Shown: positions 30,914-41,576 of the stretch, piece by piece | How positions within the stretch are numbered: position 1 is the stretch's first letter | Layout: each line of letters begins with the position of its first letter | Source: Polyangiales bacterium | GTDB lineage: Bacteria > Myxococcota_A > Polyangia > Polyangiales > Ga0077539 | Assembly: GCA_044229975.1 (NCBI GenBank) | Contig: JBGARZ010000011.1 | Span: forward strand, 128,001 to 192,000 | Reading direction: 5' to 3' | Length of the DNA: 64,000 bases | Made by a program: the position numbers and the translations under genes | The notes under the pieces: generated by a model | Database searches by the model: none | What the model was told of the DNA's origin: nothing | The model's input: only the letters and a program-made list of their open reading frames with translations

Positions 30914-32215
30914 CTAAGGTGATCCTTCGTGGCCGGAGGACACCCGATGGAACTTCAACGTGGCGATCGACGCGACGAAGTCGGGCAGCCGACCCGACGC
31001 CGAGTCGGTGAGCTTGCGCGTGAGGTACCACGGGCGACTGGCCGTCGCGCTCAGCGGGAAGAGGAGCAGCAACGCGAAGCTCACCAGGGCCAGCAGCCCG
31101 GCGCGCCCGTCGGTGAGCTGCGCCCCGTCGCCCACCTGCACGACGTCGTCGGAGAGCGACGAGACGGTGTACCGCACCTGCGGGCACTGGCCGCTCCGCA
31201 CACAGCCCCAGAGCGCCTCGCTGCACTCGTCGGTGAGCACCTGGCGACGGCCGTCGACCACACGCTCGCTGCGCAGCCCGTAGTGCTGCGCGTAGTAGCC
31301 GGGTCGGTTCTTGGGCTTGCGGTAGACCTGCCAGTGGCGCGTGGCGACGGGCGTGGCGAGCGCCGCCTCGCCCGTCAGCTCCAGCAGGGCGACGCTCGGA
31401 AACACCGTCGCCGCCAGGACGACCGCGAGCGCGAGGGCGCCGACGAGCCACGCGCGGTAGACGCCAGCGCGCCCATCGGAGACGTCTCCGGGTCGCTCGG
31501 TGGAGACCACCATCCGCTCGCCGCGCGGGGGCCGCAGCACGGGCTCGACCGCCGCCGCGCGGTAGGCCGACCCCATGGCGGGCACGACCCCGAAGAGGAC
31601 GCCGGAGACGTGGGCGGTCTCACCGGGTTCGAGCTCGGCGTAGCGGATGCGCTCGGTGTGGGACGTGCGCTCGATGCGGGAGAGATCGTCGCGCAGCGCC
31701 ACGCGGTCGCCGGGTTCGACGCGCACGCGCGACCCGTCGGCGAGGCGCAGCCAGAAGGTGCGGGCTTGGAGGGCCCGGGACTCTTCGGTCCAGGTGTGAC
31801 GCCTGCCGTGCTTGCTCTTCCACTCGTGGCCGCGCTGGTAGATCGCCAGCGCGATGGCCGCGCCCTTCGCCCCGTCCTCGAGCTCGACCTGACCCATCAC
31901 GATGCGGTGACCGTTGGCGAGCGGCGCCTTCGGGTCGAAGTCGCGCTCGGCCGCCGCGCGCTTGCGGTGGTGCAGCCACCAGAACAGCGACCACCCCGCC
32001 ACGAGCCCGCACGGCAGCGCCCACAGGAAGAACAGCAGCCCCGCCGTCGTGTCGGGGTTGATGCGCGCCCCGGCGACGGTCGCGCGGGGGTGGAGGCTGC
32101 GCGCGACCGCCGACTGCGGGGGCGCCTGCTCCCACGGAGCGTCAGGCTCACTACACCCAGCGAGCGCGACGACGACCGCCAGTACCCATCCCCATTGAGC
32201 GCGCGCGGCTGCCAT
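30914..32215 (-). CDS. Multi-pass membrane protein with lipoprotein-like signal
   Basis: LAGC lipobox, three further hydrophobic segments. Confidence 0.65.
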   Translation of the reverse strand: MAAARAQWGWVLAVVVALAGCSEPDAPWEQAPPQSAVARSLHPRATVAGARINPDTTAGLLFFLWALPCGLVAGWSLFWWLHHRKRAAAERDFDPKAPLANGHRIVMGQVELEDGAKGAAIALAIYQRGHEWKSKHGRRHTWTEESRALQARTFWLRLADGSRVRVEPGDRVALRDDLSRIERTSHTERIRYAELEPGETAHVSGVLFGVVPAMGSAYRAAAVEPVLRPPRGERMVVSTERPGDVSDGRAGVYRAWLVGALALAVVLAATVFPSVALLELTGEAALATPVATRHWQVYRKPKNRPGYYAQHYGLRSERVVDGRRQVLTDECSEALWGCVRSGQCPQVRYTVSSLSDDVVQVGDGAQLTDGRAGLLALVSFALLLLFPLSATASRPWYLTRKLTDSASGRLPDFVASIATLKFHRVSSGHEGSP

Positions 32216-32227
32216 GGCGTCGCGTGA

Positions 32228-32464
32228 CTCTATACCAGCCACCGACGCGCCGCGGGCGACGTCGGCGTCGACAGCGGCCTTGCCGACCTCCCCGCCAGCA
32301 ACGACCTCGCTTCGACGGAGGTAGCGATCGCCGCACCCGCGGTCGACGCACTGGTGGTCGCATCGCAGCACCGGCGGATGCATCGAGCACGCGGTGCACA
32401 TGGCACCACCGACGGCGGGACGATCCCGGCGACGACGGCGTACGTGCTCTGCTGCGCGCCCTGA
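32228..32464 (+). pseudogene. Possible remnant of a secreted-protein gene (ends GGTIPATTAYVLCCAP*)
   Basis: 78 open codons with no convincing start; stop abuts the displaced permease 3' copy. Confidence 0.25.
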
Positions 32465-32465
32465 A

Positions 32466-32495
32466 CGTCACCCCCGCGGGTCGACCGCATCGCGC
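32466..32495. repeat. Direct repeat copy 1 (att-like): duplicate of the permease 3' end
   Basis: cgtcacccccgcgggtcgaccgcatcgcgc, 29/30 identical to 34308-34337. Confidence 0.9.
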
Positions 32496-32633
32496 TCGAC
32501 ATGGGGCGCGTGTTCAGTCAGTGAGGACAGAGCTGATCGTCATCGACCGACATGCGTGAGAGGAGACGCCGTCCGCCCGACACCGTTGCTATCGCGCAAT
32601 CACCCCAACGCCGCCCCGTGGTAGCTTCGCCGC

Positions 32634-33257
32634 GTGCGTAGGCGATCGACACCTTCGAGTGCAAGCCCCACATCGACGAAGCAGGTTCAATACGAGCTCG
32701 CTCGACTCTTCACGGATCAGGATCCTGACCTCGTGACCGACTGCATCGCTCCCCTGCTCGCATGGTTGCCGCAGGGCGGAGCGACGCCGCTCGTCGTTGC
32801 GGTCGAGCACCGTACGGTCAACCGCTCTGAAGACGTCACCCTCACCACGAGCTGGAGCCTGCCGACGCTCCAAGGTCTCATCCCTGGCCTCTCCGACCAC
32901 ACGCGACGTCTTCGGAAGGCGACCTCTCCGCAGCGCGAGCACGTGACAGAGCTCGCGTCCTACGCGCTGGCGTTCGTTGCCATCTCCGCGCTCATGCCGG
33001 GACGTCGTGTGGTGCGCTTTCACAAGGGATACGCGCCCGACCTGCTCTTTGACATCACCCCAACCGCGTTGAAGGGCGTCGAGGTCGCGGGCCGCACCTC
33101 CGGCGGTCGGGCGGCGTTGCGCGCCGTTCGCGATGGCTCAAAGAGCCAACCGGGCAAGGCCCCTCAGCTTCGCGCGGAGCCGACCATCGTCGAGGCACAT
33201 CTGTCCCTCTGGTGTGCGACGCCTTGCGTTGGTCTCTGGGAGCAGGTGAAGCCATGA
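32634..33257 (+). CDS. Putative PD-(D/E)xK-fold nuclease-like protein
   Basis: TE.A.Y helix, APDLLFD, GVEVAGR spacing resembles a restriction-fold active site (inference). Confidence 0.5.
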   Translation: MRRRSTPSSASPTSTKQVQYELARLFTDQDPDLVTDCIAPLLAWLPQGGATPLVVAVEHRTVNRSEDVTLTTSWSLPTLQGLIPGLSDHTRRLRKATSPQREHVTELASYALAFVAISALMPGRRVVRFHKGYAPDLLFDITPTALKGVEVAGRTSGGRAALRAVRDGSKSQPGKAPQLRAEPTIVEAHLSLWCATPCVGLWEQVKP

Positions 33258-34270
33258 GTTCGACGACGGACCTGTACACACACCTCCTCGCCGGCGCCGG
33301 AAAGCTCGAGCTGCGTGCGACGGCGAAGCTGGCCGAGGGGTCGTCCGAGTCCATCTTTGAGGCGTGTGTGCTGCTCCACGAGGCGGCCCGCATCGAGCGC
33401 CGTGCGCTTCGTGCGTTGCCCGCCCCTCCCCCGGCCATCGTTCGGCTCGCCGCCGCGGTAGAGGAGTGCTTCTGCCTCGTGGAAGGGCTCGACCCGACCG
33501 GCGCCGCGAGCGCGTGGGAGGGCGTGGTTCGCGAGCGCGCCCTGGTCCCGCACGACACGACGCTGCTGACGCGTGTCGAACCGCGATACCAAAGAGCGAT
33601 TCAGGACTTCCAAGCGCTCCTGTCGCAGTGCAAGACGCTCATGGCCCACCTACAAGTCGGCCATGGGGTACCGCCCACGTCATCGGCGCGCGCGGCGGAA
33701 CTGCGAGATGTTCGCAGGGTATTGAGAAGGTTTCCCGGCGCCGCGATGTTCTGGTGGAGGGCGTATCGGCTCCAGGAGGCGGAGGAGTCTTTCGCGGACG
33801 CGTGGCTTTCGCTGTCCAAAGCGCGACGACTGGCGCCCGACAACCCGACCTATGTCGCGTTGAGCCTCGTGCTGGCGGTCAAGGCGTTGCCTCCGCGCGA
33901 GGCCGACGCGCAGCTCCAACAAGCGCATGCGACGCTCGACGACCTCGGTCCGGAAGCGTGCCTCATGTACGCACACGCGGAGCTGGAGCGTGCGGAGAAG
34001 ACGGGCGAGCGCGAGCGTTGGCTGCGCGCACGAGATGCCATCGAGCAAGGACTGGCAGCGTCCCCGGCGGGCAACCTCTACCAGAACCTCAAGGCCACTC
34101 GGCTCATCATTGAGTGCCTGCTTGATGGCCGCGCGCCATCGATCGACATCCTCTACCGAGTTGGCCTCGGCGAGGAGGTGGCCGCAGCGCCCCAGGGCGG
34201 CAACGTCATCGATCTCGTCGCTCGGCGCTCGAAGCAGCAGATCTCGGCGAGCCCGTTGGCCGCCGCGTAG
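33254..34270 (+). CDS. All-helical TPR-like protein
   Basis: ATGA-coupled to the upstream gene; A...L..A.RLAPDNP.Y type helical repeat. Confidence 0.55.
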   Translation: MSSTTDLYTHLLAGAGKLELRATAKLAEGSSESIFEACVLLHEAARIERRALRALPAPPPAIVRLAAAVEECFCLVEGLDPTGAASAWEGVVRERALVPHDTTLLTRVEPRYQRAIQDFQALLSQCKTLMAHLQVGHGVPPTSSARAAELRDVRRVLRRFPGAAMFWWRAYRLQEAEESFADAWLSLSKARRLAPDNPTYVALSLVLAVKALPPREADAQLQQAHATLDDLGPEACLMYAHAELERAEKTGERERWLRARDAIEQGLAASPAGNLYQNLKATRLIIECLLDGRAPSIDILYRVGLGEEVAAAPQGGNVIDLVARRSKQQISASPLAAA

Positions 34271-34307
34271 CACTCCGACGAGCTTATTTGCCAGTCACCA
34301 CTCGCCG

Positions 34308-34337
34308 CGTCACCCCCGCGGGTCGACCGCGTCGCGC
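34308..34337. repeat. Direct repeat copy 2 (att-like), forming the functional permease 3' end
   Basis: cgtcacccccgcgggtcgaccgcgtcgcgc encodes RDAVDPRG* on the minus strand. Confidence 0.9.
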
Positions 34338-35170
34338 AGCGCTTCACCCAGCAGGTTGAAGCCCACCACCGTCATCAAGATCGCCAGCCCCGGCACCAGC
34401 GTGAGCCGCGGCACCACGCGCGTCAGCGACTCCGACTGCTGGAGCATCGACCCCCACGACGCCGCGGGCGGCACCACCCCGACGCCCAGGTACGACAGCG
34501 CGCTCTCCGCGACGATCATCCCCGCCACCTGCGTCGTCGCGATGACGATCACCAGCGGAACCACGTTGGGCAGCAGGTGCTTCGTGATCACGCGGGCATG
34601 CGAGGCGCCGAGCGCGCGCGCGGCCATCACGTAGTCGAGCTCCTTGAGCTGGAGCGCCTTGCCCCGAATCTGCCGCGCCATGGAGGGCCACGAGAGAGCG
34701 CCGAGCACCACGAAGATCACCCAGAGGTCGGGCTTGTCGATGATCTTGTTGAGCGTCATCACCACGAGCAGAAATGGAAACGACAACAGCGCGTCGACGA
34801 GGCGCATGAGGATGGTGTCGGTCCATCCGCCGAAGTAGCCCGCGAGGAGGCCGACGAGGGTGCCCACCAGCACGACGAGGGCCGTCGCGGCGAAGGCCAC
34901 GGTGAGCGACACGCGCGCCCCGTAGAGCAGGCGAGAGAGCTCACAGCGACCGACGACGTCGGCCCCGAGCGGAAACTCCCACGTCGGCCCGATGGGGACG
35001 CCCTGCGTGGTGAGCGTTCGGCTCTTGAAGGGGAGGTTGGGGTCGTGCGGCGCGAGCAGCGGGGCGAACACCGCGGCCGCCAGCGCGAAGAACACCAGCA
35101 TCAGCCCGAAGCGGGCCCCGCGGTTGCGACGGAAGCGGGCGACCGCGCGCGGATCGAAGAGTGCTGCCAT
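34310..35170 (-). CDS. Peptide ABC transporter permease (DppC/OppC)
   Basis: [54 protein letters not shown]. Confidence 0.92.
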   Translation of the reverse strand: MAALFDPRAVARFRRNRGARFGLMLVFFALAAAVFAPLLAPHDPNLPFKSRTLTTQGVPIGPTWEFPLGADVVGRCELSRLLYGARVSLTVAFAATALVVLVGTLVGLLAGYFGGWTDTILMRLVDALLSFPFLLVVMTLNKIIDKPDLWVIFVVLGALSWPSMARQIRGKALQLKELDYVMAARALGASHARVITKHLLPNVVPLVIVIATTQVAGMIVAESALSYLGVGVVPPAASWGSMLQQSESLTRVVPRLTLVPGLAILMTVVGFNLLGEALRDAVDPRG

Positions 35171-35251
35171 GCGTGCGGCCGCGACGATACACGAGCCGCC
35201 CGCCCAACACTCTCTCAACACCACCGGCCTATGGTACGGAGCGTCCCCATC

Positions 35252-36796
35252 ATGGACCGCCCCCACGTCCTCATCCTCGACTTCGGCTCGCAGTACACGA
35301 TGCTCATCGCCCGGCGCATCCGGGAGCAGTCGGTCTACTGCGAGATCCACCCCTGCACGATGCCGCTCGCCGAGGTTCGCCGACGCGCCCCCGTCGCGAT
35401 CATCCTGTCGGGTGGTCCTTCGAGCGTCTTCGAGGAGGGCGCGCCCTCCGTCGACCCGGCGATCTTCGAGCTCGGGATTCCGCTCCTCGGCATCTGCTAC
35501 GGCGAGCAGCTCACGGCGCACCTCGGCGGCGGCAAGGTCGAGCCCTCGGACAGCCGCGAGTACGGCCCCGCCAAGGTCACCGTCCATCGCAACCAGGGCA
35601 TCCTCGCGCGCTTCATCGCGGGTGAAGTCCTCGACGTGTGGATGTCCCACGGTGATCGTGTCGTCGCGATGCCGCCGGGCTTCGAGGTGCTCGCGACCTC
35701 ACCGCACTCCCCCTTCGCGGCGGTGGGCCACGCGGCGCGGCGCATCTACGGCGTCCAGTTTCACCCCGAGGTGGTGCACACGGCGCGCGGAACGGACGTG
35801 CTCCGGGGCTTCCTCTTCGACGTCGCGGGCTGCCTCCCCGACTGGAGCGCGGGGGCGTTTGCCGACGAGGCCATCGCGAAGGTGAAGGCCACGGTGGGCG
35901 ACGGCCACGCGCTCTGCGCGCTGTCGGGCGGCGTCGACAGCTCGGTGGCGGCGATCCTGTGTCAGCGGGCGCTGGGCGATCGGCTGACGTGCATCTTCGT
36001 CGACAACGGCGTGCTGCGCGCGGGCGAGCGCGACCAGGTCGACCGGGTGTTTCGCGGCAACTTCGGGCTCGACCTGCGGGTCATCGACGCGCGCAAGCGC
36101 TTCCTCGACGCGCTCGACGGCGTGAGCGACCCGGAGCAGAAGCGGAAGATCATCGGGCGGGTGTTCATCGAGGTGTTCGAGGAGGAGTCCGCGAAGATCG
36201 AAGGCGTGACGCACCTCGTGCAAGGGACGCTGTATCCGGACGTGATCGAGAGCGTGTCGTTCAAGGGGCCGAGCGCGGTCATCAAGAGCCACCACAACGT
36301 CGGCGGTCTGCCCGAGCGCATGAAGCTCGCCCTGGTCGAGCCGCTGCGCGAACTCTTCAAGGACGAAGTGCGGGCCGTGGGCGACGCGCTGGGGATTCCG
36401 CGCACCATCCTGTGGCGGCAGCCGTTTCCGGGGCCGGGGCTCGCCATCCGCGTGCTGGGCGCGGTGAGCGAGACTTCATTGGACATCCTGCGCGCGGCCG
36501 ACGCCATCGTGGACCACGAGATCCGCGAGGCCGGGATGTACGAGTCGGTGTGGCAGGCGTTTGCGGTGCTGTTGCCGATTCGCACCGTCGGCGTGATGGG
36601 CGACGGCCGAACCTACGACCAGGTCTGCGCGATTCGCGCGGTGCAGAGCCAGGACGGCATGACCGCCGACTGGGCGCGGCTGCCGCACGAGCTGCTGGCG
36701 AAGATCTCGTCGCGGATCATCAACGAGGTCCGCGGCATCAACCGGGTGGTCTACGACATCTCGTCGAAGCCCCCGGCGACCATCGAGTGGGAGTGA
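35252..36796 (+). CDS. guaA: GMP synthase (glutamine-hydrolysing)
   Basis: [48 protein letters not shown]. Confidence 0.98.
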   Translation: MDRPHVLILDFGSQYTMLIARRIREQSVYCEIHPCTMPLAEVRRRAPVAIILSGGPSSVFEEGAPSVDPAIFELGIPLLGICYGEQLTAHLGGGKVEPSDSREYGPAKVTVHRNQGILARFIAGEVLDVWMSHGDRVVAMPPGFEVLATSPHSPFAAVGHAARRIYGVQFHPEVVHTARGTDVLRGFLFDVAGCLPDWSAGAFADEAIAKVKATVGDGHALCALSGGVDSSVAAILCQRALGDRLTCIFVDNGVLRAGERDQVDRVFRGNFGLDLRVIDARKRFLDALDGVSDPEQKRKIIGRVFIEVFEEESAKIEGVTHLVQGTLYPDVIESVSFKGPSAVIKSHHNVGGLPERMKLALVEPLRELFKDEVRAVGDALGIPRTILWRQPFPGPGLAIRVLGAVSETSLDILRAADAIVDHEIREAGMYESVWQAFAVLLPIRTVGVMGDGRTYDQVCAIRAVQSQDGMTADWARLPHELLAKISSRIINEVRGINRVVYDISSKPPATIEWE

Positions 36797-37134
36797 TGCC
36801 GGGGCGGGTGGACGAGGCGAGCAGCCCGTTGGGCGTCTCAACCGTTGGCGTGATGCTCGCGCTGGCGCTCGCGGGCTGCGCCACGACGGTCCCGCGGGCG
36901 CAGCGGGCGGCCGGGTCACTGGTGTTCACGTGCGACCCCATCGACGCGCGGCTGTCCATCGATGAGACCGACCTCGGGCCGTGCGCGCTCTGGTCGTCGC
37001 GCGCGGTCGCGCTGGGCCCCGGCGCGCATCGTGTGGTGGTGTCGCGCGAGGGCTACCTGCCCGCGGAGTCGGAGGTGGTCCCGACGGGGAGGCGAGTCAC
37101 GGTGGCGGTGACGCTGCGTCGGGTGCCGGAGTAG
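36796..37134 (+). CDS. PEGA domain lipoprotein
   Basis: LAGC lipobox; P.DA...ID, L.PG.HRV.V.REGY.P. Confidence 0.7.
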   Translation: MPGRVDEASSPLGVSTVGVMLALALAGCATTVPRAQRAAGSLVFTCDPIDARLSIDETDLGPCALWSSRAVALGPGAHRVVVSREGYLPAESEVVPTGRRVTVAVTLRRVPE

Positions 37135-37852
37135 CGTCGACCTCCTCCATCGCCTTCGCGAGCGCGCGCTTCGCGAGGCGCCCGATGAGCGTCAGCAGGC
37201 CCGCCGTCACGCAGAGCAACAACACCCCGAGCACGATGTTGCGCGGCGTCAGCGCCTTCGAGCGGTCGTTGTCCATGAGCTCGAACACCGAGCGCACCAG
37301 CGAGCCCAGGTATGCGTGCACCGCCGTCGCCGGGAGCATCCCGATCATCATCGACAGCACGAGGTGCCGCAGCGGCAGCGCCGTCGCGCCGAGGAGCAGC
37401 GACAGCAGCGGCTGCGGCATCATCGGCGCCATGCGCAGGAGGATGGCGATGCGCAGCCCGTCGACGCGCACCACCGCGTCGAGCTGACGAAAGCGCGGGG
37501 TCTCGGTGATGCTGCGCCCATAGCGGGTCTTGGCGAGCACGCGCCCGAGGACGAAGGAGCAGCACGCCCCGAGCGTCGCCGCGGGCAGCGCCACGCACAG
37601 GCCCTTGAGCGGTCCGTAGGCGTAGCCCGCGAGGCCCGAGAGCAGGGCCTTGGGCAGCAGCAGCATCGCGCCGACGCAGTACCCGATGACGTACTGCATC
37701 AACGCGACACCGTCGCCGCGGTGCATCCGCGCGGTCAGGTCGACGATGGCGTGGCGGACAAAAGGTGCTTGCAGCACGGCCCACTGTGCGAGCAGCATCA
37801 CGGCAACGGGCCACGCGCGGGCGAGGGTGCGCAGACGATCGCGCGCCGTCAT
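37097..37852 (-). CDS. TVP38/TMEM64 (VTT/DedA) family membrane protein
   Basis: LP..LL...AG..YG...G, GA...F.LGR, LLR..P..P, GMLP......YLG. Confidence 0.8.
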   Translation of the reverse strand: MTARDRLRTLARAWPVAVMLLAQWAVLQAPFVRHAIVDLTARMHRGDGVALMQYVIGYCVGAMLLLPKALLSGLAGYAYGPLKGLCVALPAATLGACCSFVLGRVLAKTRYGRSITETPRFRQLDAVVRVDGLRIAILLRMAPMMPQPLLSLLLGATALPLRHLVLSMMIGMLPATAVHAYLGSLVRSVFELMDNDRSKALTPRNIVLGVLLLCVTAGLLTLIGRLAKRALAKAMEEVDATPAPDAASPPP

Positions 37853-37909
37853 GACACCCGCGGCGGGCGGCGCCCCACACGACAACGATCACGGAGGACA
37901 GGGCTGCTC

Positions 37910-39472
37910 ATGCGTAACGGAAGCGGACGGAAGGTGCGGTTCATCGGTGTCGTGGCTTTGGCAGGGATGGCCTTGCCGGCGCTCGGCTTCGGCTACGGCG
38001 TCGAGGTGCCGGAGAATGGCACGGTGGCCCATGGCCGCGGCGGCGCATTCGTCGCCCGCGCCAGCGACACCTCCGCGGTGGGGCTCAACATGGCCGGTGT
38101 GCTGGGCCTGCGGGGCTTCCAGCTCGGGCTCTCGGTCAACGTGGGCGCCTCGTCCAACTGCTTTGCGCGCCTGGGTAACTACGACTCGGGCCCCGACGCG
38201 ACCATCAACACCGACGGCTCGCGCTTCGCCAACCGCAGCGGCGGCGACGCGGCCTACCTCGGTCGGCCGTACCCGCGCGTGTGCAGCGACCAGGCCCTCG
38301 CCCTCGCGGCCAACCTCTTCGCCACGTACCGCCTCAACCGCCGGCTCGCCTTCGGCCTCGGCATCACCACGCCCAGCACGCCAGGCTCGGGCCAGGTCTT
38401 CGGCGACCAGGTGCGCTTCGCCGACGGCGCCTACGCCCCGACGCCCGCGCGCAGCATGCTCTTTGAGAAGAACCTCCTGGTGCTCTACCCCACCGTCGGC
38501 GTCGCCTTCGCACCGCACCCGCGCGTGCGCCTCGGTCTCACGGCGGGGCCCGGCATCGCCAGCTTCAAGTTTGGCGTGATGGCCAACGTGGACTTCAACG
38601 CGCCCCAGTCCCCCGCGACCGACCTGTTCATCCAGCTCAACGCCAGCGGCATCTTCTTCCACACGTCGCTGTCGACGCAGATTCTCTTCAACCGCTACCT
38701 CTCCTTCGGCGCCAACGTCCGCTACAACGCCCCCATCTCGGCCTCGGGCACCGCCGACACCACCGCGAACTACTACACCAACAGCCCCGTGCGCGGGTCG
38801 TTCAACATCGACGAGATGGCCGTCCAGCTCCCGTGGAACCTCCGGGCAGGCGTCCGCTTCGCCCTGCCCCGCGCCGGTCGCCCGACGCAGGACGACGAGA
38901 GCGGCAACTACGACCCGATGACCGATGACGTCTTCGACGTCGAGGCCAACTTCTCCTTCGAGCACACCAGCGACCTCGGGGTCACCAGCCTGCGCAACAG
39001 CGGCATCATCCGCGCCGACGCGGCCTTCGAGCGCCCCGCCCCGGCCACCCTCGCCATCCGCAGCAACCTCAGCGACGTGTACGGCTTCCGCATCGGCGGT
39101 GACTACAACATCATCCCCGGCACCCTCGCGGTCCGCCTCGGCGTCTCTTATGAGACCCAGGGTCTCTCCAACACCACCGCTGTCGTCCACCTCCCCGCCT
39201 ACGCCGGCACCAGCGTCCACGCGGGGCTCTCCTTCCGCCGCGGGCCCATCACCATCAACCTCGGCTTCGGACACTTCTTCATGCAAGAGCTCGACGCCAG
39301 CTCCTCGCGCGGCATCATCATCACGGCGGGCAACCCCACCATCGCCGGCAGCCCCCAGATCGACCCCACCGGCTGCACCACCATGCAGGGCCAGGGAGCC
39401 TGCACCACCAGCCGCGGAACCTTCCAGGGCTACCTCACCAACGGCTCCATCGGCGCCACCTACCGCTTCTGA
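37910..39472 (+). CDS. OmpP1/FadL-like outer-membrane beta-barrel
   Basis: Signal peptide, G.....GRGGAFVARA.D..A...N.AG, amphipathic strands, C-terminal YRF. Confidence 0.8.
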   Translation: MRNGSGRKVRFIGVVALAGMALPALGFGYGVEVPENGTVAHGRGGAFVARASDTSAVGLNMAGVLGLRGFQLGLSVNVGASSNCFARLGNYDSGPDATINTDGSRFANRSGGDAAYLGRPYPRVCSDQALALAANLFATYRLNRRLAFGLGITTPSTPGSGQVFGDQVRFADGAYAPTPARSMLFEKNLLVLYPTVGVAFAPHPRVRLGLTAGPGIASFKFGVMANVDFNAPQSPATDLFIQLNASGIFFHTSLSTQILFNRYLSFGANVRYNAPISASGTADTTANYYTNSPVRGSFNIDEMAVQLPWNLRAGVRFALPRAGRPTQDDESGNYDPMTDDVFDVEANFSFEHTSDLGVTSLRNSGIIRADAAFERPAPATLAIRSNLSDVYGFRIGGDYNIIPGTLAVRLGVSYETQGLSNTTAVVHLPAYAGTSVHAGLSFRRGPITINLGFGHFFMQELDASSSRGIIITAGNPTIAGSPQIDPTGCTTMQGQGACTTSRGTFQGYLTNGSIGATYRF

Positions 39473-39499
39473 TCGTTTACCGCTCCCGGTAAACGTCCC

Positions 39500-40864
39500 T
39501 CACCCCTCGACCCTCGCGGCCAGCAGCCTCCGGAGCCGGTCGGGCTCCGGTCGCAGCGCCAGCACCCGCTCGCGATCGACCACCACCTTGCCCGCGGCGA
39601 AGCCCTTCGGCTTGCGCACGTAGCGCCGCTCCGCCCAGGTCACCTCGGCGAAGTCCGCGCCCTTCGCGTCGCTGTGGTGCACCGCCAGCGTCGCCGCGTC
39701 CAGCAGCAGCTCCGACGGGCACTCCGTCCCCTTCACCAGCGGCACCACCACGTGCGCGCCCGCGACGCCCCGCGCGTGCATCCACACGTCGTGCATGCGC
39801 GCCACCTTCGTCGTCAGCCGGTCGTTGTCGGCCGCCCCGCGACCGACCAGGATCTTCATCCCCCGCCAGCCCTCGTACGCGATGTACGGCTGCCGCGGCG
39901 CCGCCTTCGCCCGGCCGCGCGCCACCACCGTCTGGGCCCGCGACACCCCGAGCGCCTGCGCCCGATCGGTCCACGCGCGCAGCACCGACGGAACCACCTC
40001 GCCCTCGCCGTCGACCTCGGCGAGCAGCGCCCGCACCGCGTCGAGCATCCGCGTCGTCGCGTCGAGGCGCTCCCACATCACCTCGGCCCCGCGCTGCATC
40101 CGACGCGCCTTCTGGAAGTACCCCGCGGCCTGCTGCTTGGCGCCCACCGCGGGGTCGAGCGTGACCTCGATGGTCCCGCCCTCCTCCCAGTCCTCCAGCG
40201 TCGCGCGCTTCGCCCCGCGCGGAACCTTCGCCCCCTGTGCGAGCAGTAACCGCCCGATGCGCTGCAGGCGCTCCACGTCGTCGAGCCGCGCGAGGTCGCC
40301 CTCCACCGCCGTCGCCCGCTTCACCAGGCGCTTCGCCTGCGCCCCGAGCGCGTGGGAGAGCGCCGCCCGCCGCAGCTCGCCCGCCAGCGCGTCGCTCATC
40401 GCGCGCAGCCCCTCGCCCGCCGCGTCCCAGTCCGCGTGCGTCGTGTTGGCGTCGTAGACCCGCGCCACGCTCGTCGCGTCGCCGCGCCACGTGAGCACCG
40501 CCTCGCCCGCCTCGTCGAGCACCCGCGCCTCGCCGTGCGCCCCCGCGAACAACCGCACGCGCGCCGTGATGCGCTCGGCGCCGAGGGCGATCCACACCGC
40601 GTCGTCGTCGTCGCGATGGGCGCCGCGCACCAGGCGCCCCACCGCGTGCGCCTTCAGCGCCGCCACCAGCGGGTGCGTCGACGCTGCCCGATGCGCGGGT
40701 TCGCGCTGCGCCCAGCCGACGCCGACGACCCGCGGGCCGACGCCGACCACCAACCGCCGCGCGCCGCCGGGGCACCACACCGTCAGCCCGACGAGCCCCG
40801 TCTCGGGCGTCACGAACGCCCCGTCCACGCGACCGCCGATGAGGAGCGCGAGCGCATCGTCCAT
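39500..40864 (-). CDS. NFACT (RqcH/FbpA-like) RNA-binding domain protein
   Basis: LDP......A..YF.KARR, ILVGR.A.DND.LT, D.W.HARG..GAHVV, DAA.LA.H.S, YVRKPKG...G.V. Confidence 0.85.
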   Translation of the reverse strand: MDDALALLIGGRVDGAFVTPETGLVGLTVWCPGGARRLVVGVGPRVVGVGWAQREPAHRAASTHPLVAALKAHAVGRLVRGAHRDDDDAVWIALGAERITARVRLFAGAHGEARVLDEAGEAVLTWRGDATSVARVYDANTTHADWDAAGEGLRAMSDALAGELRRAALSHALGAQAKRLVKRATAVEGDLARLDDVERLQRIGRLLLAQGAKVPRGAKRATLEDWEEGGTIEVTLDPAVGAKQQAAGYFQKARRMQRGAEVMWERLDATTRMLDAVRALLAEVDGEGEVVPSVLRAWTDRAQALGVSRAQTVVARGRAKAAPRQPYIAYEGWRGMKILVGRGAADNDRLTTKVARMHDVWMHARGVAGAHVVVPLVKGTECPSELLLDAATLAVHHSDAKGADFAEVTWAERRYVRKPKGFAAGKVVVDRERVLALRPEPDRLRRLLAARVEG

Positions 40865-41006
40865 CGGGATCTCTGTCACGCTCGCTTCCGCAGTTGGGTG
40901 CTTTCGCAAAGAGACGCGAGCCCTGCAAGGCGCGACGACCGACGCGTGGTCAATCCACGCGAGGGAGGAGCAACGCCGCAGGGCGACGCGGATCTGCCGC
41001 GAAAGC

Positions 41007-41576
41007 TTAGGAGACCTTCCGCCGCAACGCGACCGCCGCGTCGCGCGTGGCGCTCTCCTCGGCGTGCTCTTCGATGCGCTTCAGGCGCTGCACCAGCACC
41101 GGCTTGCGCTTCGGAACCTGCCCCATCAGCAGGTGCTCCAGCTTGCCGATGGCGTCGCGCACGCGGTCTTCGTTGCGGTGCTCGAGCATCTGGAGAAACA
41201 CCTCCTGGTCGTCGGGCAGCGTGTGCCCGGCGTTGAGGAAGCCGTCGATGGAGTCGGAGATGGACTTGGTGCTCTGCGCCGCGAGGATCTTCCGGAGCTG
41301 GTCTTGCCGGCGGTTGGGCCCGGGCTCGCCGACCGCCGTCGCGGTCTCGACCACCTTGGGCATCCTGATCGCGGGAGCCAGCTTCTCCATCGCCTCGACC
41401 GCGTCGGGCTTCTTCTGGAAGAGCGCCTCGAGCGCCGCCTTGTACTCACGGTTGGCCGTGGTCGCCGCGCCCTTCTGCTCGTGACGCGCGAGCGTCTCGG
41501 TCGCATGGAAGCTCGACGAACGCGCGCGATCGATGTCACGCCAGCTCTTCTTCGCGGTGCCTGGTTCACGCGGCAT
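41007..41576 (-). CDS. Conserved-looking hypothetical helical protein
   Basis: KKSWRDIDR, YK.ALEALF, LPDDQEV..Q.LEH; coding codon usage. Confidence 0.7.
   Translation of the reverse strand: MPREPGTAKKSWRDIDRARSSSFHATETLARHEQKGAATTANREYKAALEALFQKKPDAVEAMEKLAPAIRMPKVVETATAVGEPGPNRRQDQLRKILAAQSTKSISDSIDGFLNAGHTLPDDQEVFLQMLEHRNEDRVRDAIGKLEHLLMGQVPKRKPVLVQRLKRIEEHAEESATRDAAVALRRKVS

Larger units (their letters stand above)
32466..34337. mobile_element. Integrase-less genomic islet bounded by 30-bp direct repeats
   Basis: Target-gene 3' duplication; the two internal genes have visibly more A/T-ending codons than the flanks. Confidence 0.65.

Noticed and set aside
36770..36800. Integration at the guaA 3' end, a known hotspot
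   Set aside because: No duplicate of the guaA end seen in the window, and the next gene is translationally coupled.
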